Assembly (NCBI RefSeq): GCF_963506605.1
Contig: NC_083279.1
Location: 5,084,001 to 5,148,000 of the forward strand
Length of the DNA stretch: 64,000 nt
Origin: Zootoca vivipara
Lineage: Eukaryota
Direction of reading: 5' to 3'
The translations under genes and the position numbers were made by a program. Each line of letters starts with the position of its first letter. Position 1 is the stretch's first letter. Shown here in pieces: positions 26,764-40,082 of the stretch. The notes below the pieces were generated by a model. That model ran no database searches, was not told the origin of the DNA, and worked only from the letters and a program-made list of their open reading frames with translations.

Positions 26764-27073
26764 TTCTTGTTGGCATCCATCTGTCTCAGGAGACTTACAG
26801 CGCCTGCAGTGGCTGTAGAAACGAAGAGAAACATGGTTTATTGTAGCTGGGGCACATGAAGGCATCCGGTTGTGCTGCTGCAGGTGCACCATGGCAGTGC
26901 TTCTCTTTGTGCCCCCCCCCAGCAGTTGTTCCTCTTCTGGTCACTGCTGTGGATGCACAACCTGACTGTCTGTCTCCAGGCACTGCAGTTGTCTGCAAGG
27001 GATTCCCACACAGCAGGGAATCACAGCAGGGAATCATGCCAGCTTTCACGTCTCATTTGCAGACATCTTTGTA
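26764..27073 (-). mobile_element. RTE-clade LINE 3' fragment
   Basis: Minus-strand YKDVCK.DVKAG...AFMCPSYNKPC...; 3' end gttggcatccatctgtctc on the plus strand. Confidence 0.8.
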
Positions 27074-27166
27074 GCTTCGTGACTCTCAAAATGAGAATTA
27101 CACAAATATTATAGAAGGAAAGTGGTGTGTGCCGTAACAATATTTTGCAGACAGAAATAGGGACAT

Positions 27167-27305
27167 TTTGTTGTTGTTGTTTAGTCGTTTAGTCGTGTCC
27201 GACCCTTCGCGACCCCATGGGCCAGAGCACACTAGGCACTCCTGTCTTCCACTGCCTCCCGCAGTTTGGTCAAACTCATGTTGGCAGCTTCAAGAACACT
27301 GTCCA
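27167..27305 (-). mobile_element. BovB LINE, short 3' end with TSD
   Basis: (caa)n tail and gtcggacacgactaaacgactaaac on the minus strand; 12-bp TSD aaatagggacat at 27155-27166 and 27306-27317. Confidence 0.92.
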
Positions 27306-28162
27306 AAATAGGGACATATAGCACCCCAATTCTTATATTCAAAAACATGTTCAGAGCCCCTCCTGATTATGTCACACATCCTTCTGCGTACTTCATTGAT
27401 TACATCAGCAGTAGTCTGACATCCACCAATTTAAAAGCTGGGACATTATTAGTTGATTAAATAGTATAGATTTTAATTAAATCTATATTAGGAAAACACA
27501 ATTTTCCTGCAATAGATACCAACAGCTGTACATTTATCGCAGCAGCTGCAGCGTGCAAATAACAGGCCAGTGATTCTCTCCTCCGAGATATAACTTCTGA
27601 AGCGTTAGATGGACCTGAATAAAGTCTAACAACAAGCATGGCCACCCAAACCCGAGTGGTGCTGAGGGGTTGTGTGGAAAGGGTGGATGAGCCTCTCCAC
27701 CAGATGTGCCAGCCTCCATCAGCCTTCCCGCAGCTGCCACCTGTGGAGTGATGTCTAAGTGTGGAGCTCTCCCTCCGGCCCACTTCACATTCAGACCAAC
27801 AGAAGTGCCCTCATGGAGCAAGGAGTGGGCGAAACTCAGGTGGCCCTGTTGCCATCATGTGACAACACTGGTCCAATTTGGGCCCAGTCCTGGTTGACAC
27901 CTTCCACCCCAACTGCAATGCATGGTGTGGCTCTCCATGCTGCTGTAGACACCCCCACATCCCCACCCCCCGCAAGCCCTTCTAGGCCAGGAGGGAAGTT
28001 CAGATTGTTCCCTTACAATATTTTTTAGACAAGGTGTGGAGGAGTGATTTGCTAATTGTATTATTGAGCCAAATCGGATCCTATAGTTTGCATCCTATGA
28101 ATGAAACTATGGGAAGTCATTTATGAGGAACAGTTGATAGAAAACCAGTAAATAGTGGGTAA

Positions 28163-28497
28163 GGGACACGGGGGGCGCTGTGGGTTAAACCACAGAGCCT
28201 AGGGCTTGCCAATCAGAATGTCGGCGGTTTGAATCCCCGCGACGGGGTTAGCTCCCGTTGTTCAGTCCCAGCTCCTGCCAACCTAGCAGTTCGAAAGCAC
28301 GTCAAAGTGCAAGTAGATAAATAGGTACTGCTACAGTGGGAAGGTAAATGACTGGTTCGCCAGAAGTGGCTTTGTCATGCTGGCCACATGACCTGGAAGC
28401 TGTACGCCAGCTCCCTCAGCCAATAACGCGAGATGAGCACCGCAACCCCAGAGTCGGTCACGACTGGACCTAATGGTCAGGGGTCCCTTTATTCTTA
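28163..28497 (+). mobile_element. Sauria SINE (lacertid POM-type)
   Basis: tRNA head (gcgctgtgggttaaaccac...gtttgaatccc), gcagttcgaaagcac core, BovB-related 3' gagtcggtcacgactgg, ccttta tail. Confidence 0.9.
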
Positions 28498-28775
28498 CTA
28501 GAAAGTACAAAATGAGGTAGAATCCAATGGTCAAATGCTCCTCTTTTTGTTAAACACAGGAACTTTCTCTTTTGACATTTGTTCAGCTATTTTTATGCCA
28601 CTTTTCTAGGCAAAAAAGTCATCTCAAGGCAGTTCACCAAAAAAAAAAAAAACCAACACAACAACAACAACCATGGAACAATTTACAAGATAAAACACAG
28701 TGCACCAATGATTTGGAACTGGCACTCAATTTAGCATTGGGCAGCTGCTAATTTAATTCCCTACAATACCCCCTA

Positions 28776-29670
28776 TTGAACCTATCCATTCTGGAGGAAA
28801 TCAGCCCTGAGTGCTCACTGGAAGGACAGATCCTGAAGCTGAGGCTCCAATACTTTGGCCACCTCATGAGAAGAGCAGACTCCCTGGAAAAGACCTTGAT
28901 GTTGGGAAAGATGGAGGGCACAAGGAGAAGGGGATGACAGAGGACGAGATGGTTGGACAGTGTTCTCGAAGCTACGAACATGAGTTTGACCAAACTGCGG
29001 GAGGCAGTGGAAGACAGGAGTGCAAGATTCTGGGGACCACTGCTCAATATGTCCAATATTAAACTGCAAGATGAATTATATTTTAATAGCCCAAAATTGT
29101 GGTTACTTTTTATACCTCATAGTAGCAAAAGCCAAGTCAGTCACTTTATGCCTTTGGCACAAATACCTAATACAGGATGGGGGAAGATTTCATTCACTCT
29201 ATGTTTTGGAAAGAACTTACCAGATTCATACCTCCTGGACCAGGGCCTGAATCAAAATACAGATGAGTAGTCTGCATACTCATCTGTTTTTCATACTCCA
29301 GCACTTATGGTGCTGGAGGAGACTATTGAGAGTCCCATGGACTGCAAGAAGATCAAACCTATCCATTCTCAAGGAAATCAGCCCTGAATGCTCACTGGAA
29401 GGACAGATCCTGAAGCTGAAGTTTCCAATACTTTGGCCACCTCATGAGAAGAGCAGACTCCCTGGAAAAGACCCTGATGTTGGGAAAGATGGAAGGCACA
29501 AGGAGAAGGGGATGACAGAGGACGAGATGGTTGGACAGTGTTCTCGAAGCTACGAACATGAGTTTGACCAAACTGCGGGAGGCAGTGGAGTGCCTGGACA
29601 GGAGTGCCTGGCGTGCCATGGTTCATGGGGTCACGAAGAGTCAGACACGACTAAACGACTAAACAACAAC
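28776..29670 (+). mobile_element. Composite BovB: BovB fragment + captured unique DNA (29022-29304) + mosaic BovB 3' end
   Basis: 13-bp TSD acaatacccccta at 28763-28775 and 29671-29683 brackets the whole unit; BovB RT C-terminal translation; (caa)n tail. Confidence 0.9.
29022..29425 (+). repeat. Dispersed duplication of 44652-45055 (offset 15,630 bp)
   Basis: Only 3 mismatches over the 283-bp non-BovB part; also shares BovB variants gactattgag, ctcaagg and ctgaatgc. Confidence 0.95.
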
Positions 29671-32499
29671 ACAATACCCCCTACTTAACCTTGCTTTGAG
29701 GCACTATGGGAAATGTAATGGCAGCCACTCACTGCTGACTAGTGTGCTGTTGTGCCACCACTCACGTCCAGGTCAAGATACTCATAGACAGGGCCCCACC
29801 AGAGAGTGAACTATCAAATGCCCACTGAAACTTGCAGTTGCCTCTGTAGGTAGTGACATGCTCAAGCAATGAGAAGACACAATGAAGAATCATGTCTTCC
29901 TGAAGAATAAACACTTAGAGCTGAAAAAAGAAGAGGAATAGTAATGTCCCCACATACACCCTTCCACAGCAAGAGGCTTTTGGCAGCATCTATGGATGCT
30001 GAGTGGTGCCAGATAACTCAGTTCCTACAATGTCAGCATTAGGAGAAGCCATTATGAGATCAACAGAACTAGGAAGGAGCAGCAGGCTTAACTCTTGTTA
30101 TTTGTGCACAGGAGCCAAATCACCAATTGTCAAATAACTAAATAAAAATAAAAATGCAAACTAGTTGTTGAGTGTTAAGGAACAATGTGTGCGTTAGTAT
30201 TCTGTGTTTACTTTCAAGCACCATGTTGAACCTTTTTATTATCAAAATAACTCCCATGTTTCCCAGTCCCATAATTACAAGGCCTTTTCCTATGCTTTCT
30301 TTTTCTTCTTTTTTTCTTTTCCTTTTGCAATTAATGAGCTTTCTCAAGGTCAACTGAAGGGAGTCTTCATTCATTAATTTTCACCAGCAGCTTGAGGCCT
30401 CCCTTCCACCACATATTTTTCATCTGTAGATGGGGGAGTCACAAGGTCCTTTTTAATAATCACAGCATCTCAGGAGGATGCAAGCAGGAAGAGCACCAAG
30501 GACTCACCGATGCTCAGTTAACTGCTCAAACTCTTCAGCCATGCAGTTATTAAAACTTTAGGGTTCAATGATCCATTGGTTGGGAGATCTATACTCTCCA
30601 CCTCTGTGTTATGCAGAAAGTGCCTGGTGTCATACCAGAGCACAATTGATTTAGGGAGAAAGGGAAAATTAGCTGAAGAATGTGTTGGAGTTCTAACTTG
30701 TTAATGAGCTTAGGGAATGATTCATGCTTCTGCAGTGTTCAGTGCTGCTGGAAATTACGTGAAATGAGACACATACTCATAAATGATCTATTGTGGATGT
30801 CTGCAGGATGAGCACCTGACCTGTCCCTTTCATTTTTGCAGAGCTGTAAGAATTTCAGCAGATGCAACTTTTCTCCTCCTTGCATGATAAGCAACTCACA
30901 CTTCACACTTGCATGACATCACAATTCACACTTGACATGATTATTAAACAGAACCCCCTTCCCCGTTTTGCTTCTGATCACCCTAAAAAGCACAGGGCCA
31001 GATTCAAACTCAAGTGAGATTCCTTAATTTACCGGCCCTGGGAGCATGATGAAGCTGTGGTGCAATGGCTATATCACGCTCCCATCACACTCCCATCTGA
31101 TCAGCAACTAAATGCTGAATGAAGCTGTTTGCTAAACAATATGTAAGAATGCTCCAAACTGGAAAAAACTGCTAAGACATTGAAACTATACAGACATAGT
31201 TGATATGTAGCCTCTGGGGCTGGGAAGGCACAGCTTTTCTTTATTATTAATAATAATTCAATGTGTTTCTCCCCCTAATTAAATATGACACTAGGAGACT
31301 AACATACACAACTTTACGAATCCATCAAGTTCAACAATACAACAGCAATACCACAATAGCAACAGCAACACGGAAACAGCAGTAATTGTGATTAAAAATA
31401 TCGAGATCCTGCTATTCAATTGTTTTGTGTGGATAAAGTGCTATGGAGAGTGAATGCCAAACTGCTCATAGGTGAGAGAATCCCATTTTCTTTTTTCTTA
31501 TCAAATTTTTATTGAACTCACAGCTTACCTTCTCTCTTCTCATACATCCTGTCGCAAAACTCCAAATGACAGCTTCTCACAGCCAGGAGATGTCCCAACA
31601 GGGCCCTGGCCCTCTACCACTCCAAGGAAGGCTAGGAAAAAAGCAAAGCAACTCATGTCAACTTACAGAAAATAACTTGCATGGTGTTGGGTAAAAATTG
31701 CTGTATTAAAAAAGCAACAAGCAAACGCTAAGCACCCTCCTGCATATTTTGGTGAGTCTACAGATTCCAACCTTTATAATGGCATTTCTGAGGGGGAAAG
31801 AACGGTTCATCATTCTACCAGTTGTTCTGTGAGCAGCTTTTCTTTTTGTGTGTGCATCTGAACAATGTGGCTTTTAAAATGCAAATAAGGTTCCAACAGT
31901 TTCCTGAGAAATCTTCTCAGGCAATGGACTATGTTATGAATATGAAACTTTTTCTGCTGCAGCAGTTCCAGCTGTGAGAGAAACTGTGGCTCCCAGATTT
32001 CCAAAACTTGTTTGTATATTTCCTTTGCAGGCCAAGGGAGATGGATGGGGCCCCTTCTCTTCAAGGACAGGCATTCAAATTTAAAATAGGGGTGCTTGAG
32101 GATCTCATTTGATCCGAACCAACTTGATCCACACTTTTCAGACAAATACGTCAATTGGAACACTGTTGTCTGCCAGTTTTTTCACATCTCCAAATGTTGT
32201 GATACAATTCTCAGCTCAGAATAATAATATTAAAATGCATATTTGAATAAAAATGTGTGTTTTGTGAGAAATGTAGTGAAAACTAATATAAATTTTCAAG
32301 CGGGACTTTTTTAAAAACATAGATTGAAATAGGCTGATCCACCCATCTCTAATTGAGGAAAGAGGAAAAATGACTAAGACAGAGAGAAGATTGCAAAGGT
32401 TTATGAAATGACACTGTGGAAGGAAAACCTTCCCTTCGATCACCAAATGTCAGTTTTGGGAGGTACCTGTCAGGGAGTTGTTGCAGCTACTCCCGAGTA

Positions 32500-33740
32500 A
32501 AGACGCTCCAGTCCGTTTTCCCAAAAACTAAACTCTATTTTATAACCATCACATAATAAACTCTATCCTAAATTGCTCATTTTTCTATGCTGTCCTCTTT
32601 CTTGTTATTTCTCCTTTATTTTCGCTTCCCACACCTCCCATCTCATCCATCCCTGTGCCTCTCCCTGCCACCAGGAGTCCCCAGGGTGAATAAAGACAGG
32701 TGGAAATAGTCCTTTTCCCAGTTGGGCCTCTCCCCACCTCCCCAATCCCAAAACACCGCCCCTCCCCCCTGCCACCAAAATGTTCCAAGATGCAAGAGAT
32801 GAACAGAGGCGAAAGATTGCCCAACTATCCAAAAATAACTGTACCTCTTCCCTAATTCCTATTCTTAATATTACCATTTCTATATCTATATCTAATTTCA
32901 ATCAAATTAATCTTAACTTTCCTTCCCTAGCCTAAATTCACTTCCAAAAATATCCATAGGTCCAAAAATTTCATTATTTTCAAATAACTTTAATACTTTT
33001 TATCAACTATACTACCTTTTCTTCACACTGGTCTCGGGGTCTCCCATTTGGCTCGGCGAGTTCCATAAACACAGCCCAATTTCAAACCAATTTTATCCAT
33101 TCAGTAAAAGAAACAACACTTTGCCCTTTTCACTCCACTCCCAATCTAACATGTTTTAAGACCCAAAATTCCTTCTTCCCTGCTGCCTCCCTAATTCCAT
33201 CAAGTCTCTAGCTTGTCAATCTCTGATTATTGCACCATTGCATCTTCTTTGTGCTCTCTGTTCTTTGCAGGAATTCTGTTCCATAAATAGGTCTTGTTCT
33301 CCCATCTCTGAGAGAGCAATGTTCCATGGCAGATCTTGGTAAGGTTCTCTTTCTTTTACCTGTGGGTATCCTCCTCACCCTAATACAGAGGACATTAAAA
33401 AAAAAAAGGAAAACAGCTTAAACAAAAATAAAATCAACCAAGACACAAAGAGTCGGTTGAAGAGAGGGATTTGGCAACCCTCTCTGTAATGTAAGATAAA
33501 AAGATATTTACAAGTGAGGAAGGAATGTTGGAGTAATATTGATATAAACAAGCAAAAATGGAAACTGTGATCTGAAATGAAGAAAGGAGGAAGAGGGGAA
33601 GAATGTTCTTCTTCCAATCCAGTATAACAATTTTATATCCAAGGTTTCCTTACTTATTGTGTGTTCATTAATTCATACCCAATCCCATTTCCTGTTTTTT
33701 ATTATTATTATTATTTTATTTTATTTATTAAATTTATATA
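32500..33740 (-). mobile_element. L1-derived fragments (3' UTR and internal pieces)
   Basis: C/T-rich strand bias and T-rich tails typical of antisense lizard L1; no intact ORF. Confidence 0.45.
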
Positions 33741-33855
33741 CAGTCATACCTCATGTTACATCCGCTGCGGGTTACGTCCTTTCGGGTTGCGCTCCGTGCC
33801 GAACCTGAAAGTACCGGAAGGGGTTACTTCTGGGTTCGGCGCACGCGCAAAAGCT
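33741..33855. mobile_element. Truncated Tigger-like MITE (one end)
   Basis: ta|cagtcatacctc TIR; CpG-rich ccggaag/ggttac repeats; second TIR absent. Confidence 0.65.
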
Positions 33856-34283
33856 GGATGGTAGGAAAACTTGCAGTGGCAGACTCTTCAGATGAGTTTA
33901 TCAGAAACTTGCCACAGGAAGCTCATCGTTCCCTATGACATTTTTTATAACAGTATCCAGCTCTAGCCAAGTATACAGAGGCTGTTTCAGTATTTCCAAA
34001 CTTCAAAAAGTAGCACTTTCCATTTGAGTTACCAGCAAAGCATCAGATGTATTTCAACTTTCTTTTGAATCAATTGACCTTCCCCTGTGGGAGACAACTG
34101 TGGGAAGGTAGGGAGTTGAACTTTCCCTTACTCTTTGTGATTCAGCCAGCTCTGTTCTTCAATCTTGTAACAGCCTTTCTTTCCTTCTATTATTACCATC
34201 CTCTTTTTTTATTATTCAAATTCTTTACACCATTATACAGTGAACCTCACAATGAAAAATCCACTGAAGGGGTGTGGGTGTGG

Positions 34284-34286
<3 letters not shown>

Positions 34287-34334
<48 letters not shown>
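34287..34334. repeat. (AT)n microsatellite
   Basis: about 24 AT units. Confidence 0.98.
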
Positions 34335-34337
<3 letters not shown>

Positions 34338-36405
34338 CTAGCATGTTAGTGCTACTCTAAAACTCATCCTTATCTAGGCATCAGATGCATTAAGAAGTGC
34401 CTTATTTAAATGGTAATAACCACATAATGCAGGTCTCATTTTATTATGAAGCAAAACCCTCCCTGGAGATAAGCCTACCATATAGTGAAGTATATGTTCC
34501 TATTTCACAATAAAGATGGTTTTAAATATCATAGTCCAAGTAGTGCAATTGAAGGATGCTATCATAGTGTCCTCTCTGGGGCTATTTTGCACCACCAATT
34601 TATGATGGCAGGGGAAACCAAGATCCTTTGATCTGCCAAGCCAAGGGAGATTTTTTTATATATCCTTGAAAGATAACTGGCACTCTGATCTTAAATGTGC
34701 TTTCTTGGAATCAATCCCATTGATTTCACAGCAAACTGGAGCAGTGGTAAAACTACTCACAATTTGTTGGTGTTAACATTTTTAGCAATGCTGAAAAATG
34801 ATTTGTCTCTTTTGATAATTTTTAGCAGTCCTTGTGAATAACATGGCCTCCTTTGTTCATTGCTTGCCCTCGTTTGCTATTCAGTGATATCAGTATGCAG
34901 CTAAATCAGACTCATAATATCATTGTGTTGCATTAAGACATGATCATATTGTTCACTAAATGATCCCTGATTGGTGGGATCTCCCCACCAATGAAGGAGG
35001 AAATAGAAGTGTCCAGAGGATTCAATTATGCTGACCAATACCAGGGTCGGAGTAATGCCCATGTTTAGATGGTGAGAAATGTCTGCTCAATCAAAATTGC
35101 TTATTTGCACTCCAGATTTGAATATGACAAATATCTGGTACCACCCTAAATTCAACTGATTTGACTGTCTCATTCCATTTCATACTTTTGAATGCTTCTA
35201 AGCTATCCACCTTATTTACTCAATTTATTACTTATTCCACTGGTGTGTGAGAATTTTGGAGGTCAACTACACTGTTCTGCCTACCTGTTATTAGTTCCCA
35301 TGTCTGCTTTTTGATTCAAATTCTGTATGTGCAAAGTTTGTTTGTTTCGTTGATGCATTTAGTCATGTGATCCCCACTTGTAGTCAGAAATGGTAACTGT
35401 CTGAAAACAGTTTTAGCAAGATTTAAGGACCTGTGGCAGCCATGACCTATCTGCAAATAGATTAGCCTCTCTTCCAAACATCTTGTGTAACTTTTGTAGC
35501 CTTGTCAAGGCTTTCATATATGTTCCTGAAGAGCTAGGCTGCAGAGTGTGTTTCGGTACGGTACTTTGAGTTAGCACTGCATGAATGCAAGCATTGGGAA
35601 TTACCAGAAAGACACGAACCAGTCAATAAATTATGGAAACATTTTTATAGTCTGAATGCTTTGGCATGGCAGTATGCCCTATAGGCCTATTTTTGACAGG
35701 TATATGTACAGTTGATGCAAGTGACAATATTCTGTAATTTATGTCTACTTTGTCAATGGTCCATAGGCGATTTGTGATTAAAACATTGCTTTATAATATT
35801 GGGCTGGGTGAAATAAACTACTATTTTAAAAGTTTACAGCAATCCAAAGATGTAAAAATAAAAACACACCCTGGATACACAGACGTATGACATTCACACA
35901 GAGACACTTGTACACATACATAAATCCTCATGAGCTTGTGGCTTAAAGCTCTGTTTGGCAACAAATTGGGAAGCTTGGGAATACACAAATAAAATTGACT
36001 GGAGGGACAGGATATTTTTGGTAAAACATCTGTCAATTGCATGAATGAGATGGTAGGGGAATCTGGCCAGATGGATCCCAACAGCACGCTTTTGTTCTGT
36101 GAAATAGCAGGGGGTGGAATTACACAAATATTTCTTTAATTTATTTTCCCTCTTTGCAAATTCCCCAGCTCTACATTTATCTTCCCAAGCAAGAAAAAGA
36201 ATACATTTTAAAAAATAATCTTCAAGAATACAAAAGGCAAGTTACATACTGAGCTTTGAGTGGAAAAGAAAGTGAACCAAATAGTACTATCTTTGACAGT
36301 TTTGTGATGCCAAGTAGTTGTGTATTAATCTCTTCCTATGATGGTATGTCATGAAGCACTTAGTATCATGGAGTGGTGTAGCAACAATGTTCTTAGTTCA
36401 TTTCA

Positions 36406-36848
36406 TTGGCATCTGTATGTCTTGAGAGACAATGGAAAAGTGTGTCTTTGGCGGTGCAGTCAAACTGCTGGAGAGTAACAGCATCTGCTGTAGCTGTAGA
36501 GACCAATATGGGAGAGACATGTTTTATTGCAGCTGGGGCAGATGAAGGTGCCCCGTTTTGCTGTTGCAGATGCATCATGGTGTTTCTTTTCCCAGTGGTC
36601 ATTTCTCCTCCTGTCACTGCTGTGGATAGGCAAACTGTCTGTCTCTAGGCATTGCAGTTGGCAACAGATTCTCACATGGTGGGGTTAATGTTGCCAACCT
36701 TCATGTGTCACGTTTGGAGACATCTTTATAATGCAGAGTTAGTCTGCTAACCAGCCTGGTGCCGAAGGCCAATTCCCCATAAAGCACATCCTTGGGGGGT
36801 CCTGCCATCTTTCATTCTATGCACATGACCAAGCCAGTGTAGACGTCA
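36406..36848 (-). mobile_element. RTE-clade LINE 3' fragment (same family as 26764-27073)
   Basis: Minus-strand RLHWLGHVHRMKDGRTPKDVLYGELA...YKDVSKRDMKVG...FICPSCNKTCLSHIGLYSYSRCC. Confidence 0.88.
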
Positions 36849-36899
36849 GTTGTGTGATACTCCCCTCCTCCCCCAACACAGGAGGGCATCCCCATAGAG

Positions 36900-37146
36900 C
36901 AGGGTTCAGCAAGGTTTATCTTGCCTGGGCCGGATCGGTCCTGCAGAGATCCCTCGTGGGCCGGATCGCACTCCTGCCCACGATTTTTGGCATCTGCTTC
37001 TGCCATGCTGGAAGTGAGTCCCCATGCCATGCTGTTTTAGCACAGCGTGCGAGCGGGCAGCTCAGTTCGGGGGCAGCTCATGGGCCAGTCAAACTTCCAG
37101 CCCATGGGCCACTTCCAGCCCATGGGCCTTAGGTTGCTGACCCCTG
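36900..37146. mobile_element. hAT-like non-autonomous element
   Basis: Ends cagggttcagcaa / ttgctgacccctg; internal gggccggatc repeats; 18-bp tandem duplication; TSD not evident. Confidence 0.65.
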
Positions 37147-38009
37147 CTAGTTGAGTCTATCTCCCACTGGCCATTACTAATCAAGAAAAGCCCTTCCAGG
37201 GCCCATCTTATGAACAACATGTGCAAAGATGCTTGATGGAATTGGCTGCTGTGTCTATTCTGGAAGGGTGCTGCCTACTCCCTTGACTGGCAGGAGCTGG
37301 GGGCATTCCTGGGGGCATAAGGCAATCACAGAGTACTAAATGGGTTACTTGAATGGTCATGACTCATGCTATAAAATCTAATGCTTTGATGTGTTTAGTC
37401 TCCTGTCCCATCACGTCCCCCTGAGATTGGAATGAAGGAACATGCTGGAAAATCACAACCAACTCTGTAATCCTATGGCTTTCCTAGGGTCATAGGATGT
37501 ATTGAAGTTCCCTTTTCAAAGGTCAGAGAGAGCGCCCTAACCTTTCTATGGCCCTTCTATGACACTGATGTCAGAGTGTCACTGTTGCTAGGGCTGAAAA
37601 GAGAGGGTCACACATTCCCAGTTCACCAGCACCCTTCCAAAACAAAGAATAATCTATGCCAGAGCTGGACTAGCTTTGTTCCCTCCACCTCCTCCTCCTT
37701 ATTCCAATGGAAGGAAATGGAAGGGTTTTTTTTTAAGGGGACACTATAGAGCTGGGCAAGAGCCTCGCCTACCAGTGGGATTCCAGAAAAACACTGGATT
37801 TGGTTCCCACCTTGCCTTAGGGTCACAGTTTTCATTTTATGATCAGACAGCTTCCTACTCACCCACTAGCATTTAGTTTTTTCCCTCCCAAGCATTCTTT
37901 AAAAAGTGTATTTTGTGGGGTGGGAGAGGCAGACGTAGGATTTATATGAATGCTTTCTGAAAAAATTGGGGGGCGGGAAAGCCCCCAGTCCCTTTCTGCC
38001 TAATGTCAC

Positions 38010-38112
38010 TGCACTCTCAGTCCCATCAGTTCCAGCATGCATGGCCAATAGTCAGGGATAATGGGAGTTCTAGTCCTGCTTCTTCTTGAGGGCCTCATGT
38101 TCTCCAGCACTG
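38010..38112. mobile_element. Old URR1-like hAT MITE remnant
   Basis: cccatcag...catggccaatagtcagggataatgggagttctagtcc...gagggcc. Confidence 0.55.
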
Positions 38113-40082
38113 GCTTGCGGCACAGATGAAAAGAGACGCACTGATATGTCTTGGGAAAACAAGAGGGGAAGATTAATAATGCCTTTTGTGGAAATATCAA
38201 GGTCCCCAAGTAAAAACCTGGTCCAATATAACTTCCACCCCCCCCCCAAAAAAAACACTTTTACTTGCGTACTTTTCTTTTTGTTTACTTTTCTACACTT
38301 TTCCATAGGTCAGGGCCTCCAAAGTTACAGCTGTCATTTGTTGTTTTATTTATTTGTTTCTGGATATTTTACCCCAAATACATTTTCCTTTATTTGGTGG
38401 CAGAAATCTATTCACCACTGGGTAATTCATTTCCTGTCTCTTGGGAATGCCTCCTTTGGGGTTTATTGCACCTCTGCAATTAAGTGTCCAGGCCAGGTTC
38501 CATATCAATCCAGTGTTTTATCCTTGTGCTTTTAATTATCAGTCGACACAGCAACATAAATCTTCGAGGACTGAGAAGTAAAAAGGAGCCAATGAACATA
38601 TCTTATGTCTGTCTGCCAGCAACAGAATCTTTAAAAAAATGATTTTTAACCTGAGAAAGCCCTAATAGACCTGTAGAACATTTTGTTAAGCAAACCTTGG
38701 AACTCTTCCTGAATATTTTCTCCCTTTTAAATACTTTGAGCTTTTGGCACCTTTAGAGAATGATCCAATCATTTGCCGGAAAAAAAAATTGTATTGATCC
38801 CTTTCAGTTAGTGTTTTACTGTTTTAAATTTATAAACCACACAGAGGACAACTTTGGTTGGGTGGTATATAAATGCTATAAAGAAACAATTGTCCCAGTT
38901 TTAAATGTGGTGTAAATTCGGTGTCAAGAATAGCCACATGGGAGTGTCTCCATTAAAATATTTTCCTGCTGTCCCCTCAGGATGTAGAACTGATGCAAAA
39001 TGTGATAATTACAGACTTTTTAGTTTCTGAGAAGCCAATGCGTATATGTACCCCCTGGCCTTCTTGAGTGTTGGGAAGATGCCCCCTTTCCAGCGAGGTC
39101 TTCTACCAGAGCCGACATAGCAACAGGAGTGGATAGATGGCATGACTTGCTCCCCACACCACTAAGCACAGCATGTTCCAGGAAAGTTCTGCCTACATAT
39201 TCCAACAGAGCAAATCATTATTGATCATACAAAAATTTGGCCAACATCACCCTCACTTCTAAGATTATCCACCAGCAACATTATTCACTTATGAAGTCTC
39301 CAAAATGTCTTAAGTGTGAATACACATGAAAAAGTAGGGGAAGAGGAAAACAAGTACTGCAACAGCGACACCTTTTCAAGATAAATGAGGGGGTCAGGTT
39401 GGTCTTCCACTTGCCAAGGTGGCTCCTCCTGAGAAGCTGGAAGTGCAGTGGTCACCATTTGGATCACCTTTGCCTTGTCTGTTCAACCTCATCCATGGGT
39501 CAAAGTTGCTTGTTTCAAACAAACCACAGTTAACATTCATCACAGTTAATCACAGGACAATTGTGGTTATGCAAGAGAAGAATGTACATTTTAAAAATTC
39601 CTCCTCGTTGAATTTCTCCATAGATAAAGATATGCACCCCAAGTGCTACAAACCTGAAGCCATTTTTGCACATTACTTGTTAGCATCTCCCATGATGCAT
39701 ACAGTTATCTTTAACTTGCAGACATGTATGTCTTCTTCATTTGAGCCTTCTCCCCAGATATCCTTTTCTACCACCAAATCCTCTTGTATCATGGAGTAAA
39801 TAAATAAAAATATCAGTTTTACTCAATGTGATTCTTTTCCCCGACACAAGATCAAATACCCAGAGGCCCCAAAGACATGAATATGAAAGCTGGCTGCAAC
39901 AGATCTGCTTAAGAACCAGAAACAGATAAAAAGCTTCTACAGCTTGTCTGCTCTGTAGAACAGTTGTTATTGTTAAGCACAAAAAAACTATAGAAAAATG
40001 TGACTGCTCAGGGGACCAGAGTAAGGATAGACACATTTCTTCCCCCTTCCTGGTGACCAGTTCAAATGCAGTTCAGCTAAAT

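Noticed and set aside
28163-28245. tRNA-like sequence (also 26615, 63295) and 5S-like sequence (16575)
   Set aside because: These are SINE heads, with no intact cloverleaf or full-length 5S.
31810-32163. ORF with kinase-like NEILKHPYF
   Set aside because: No other kinase subdomain motifs nearby; probably coincidental.
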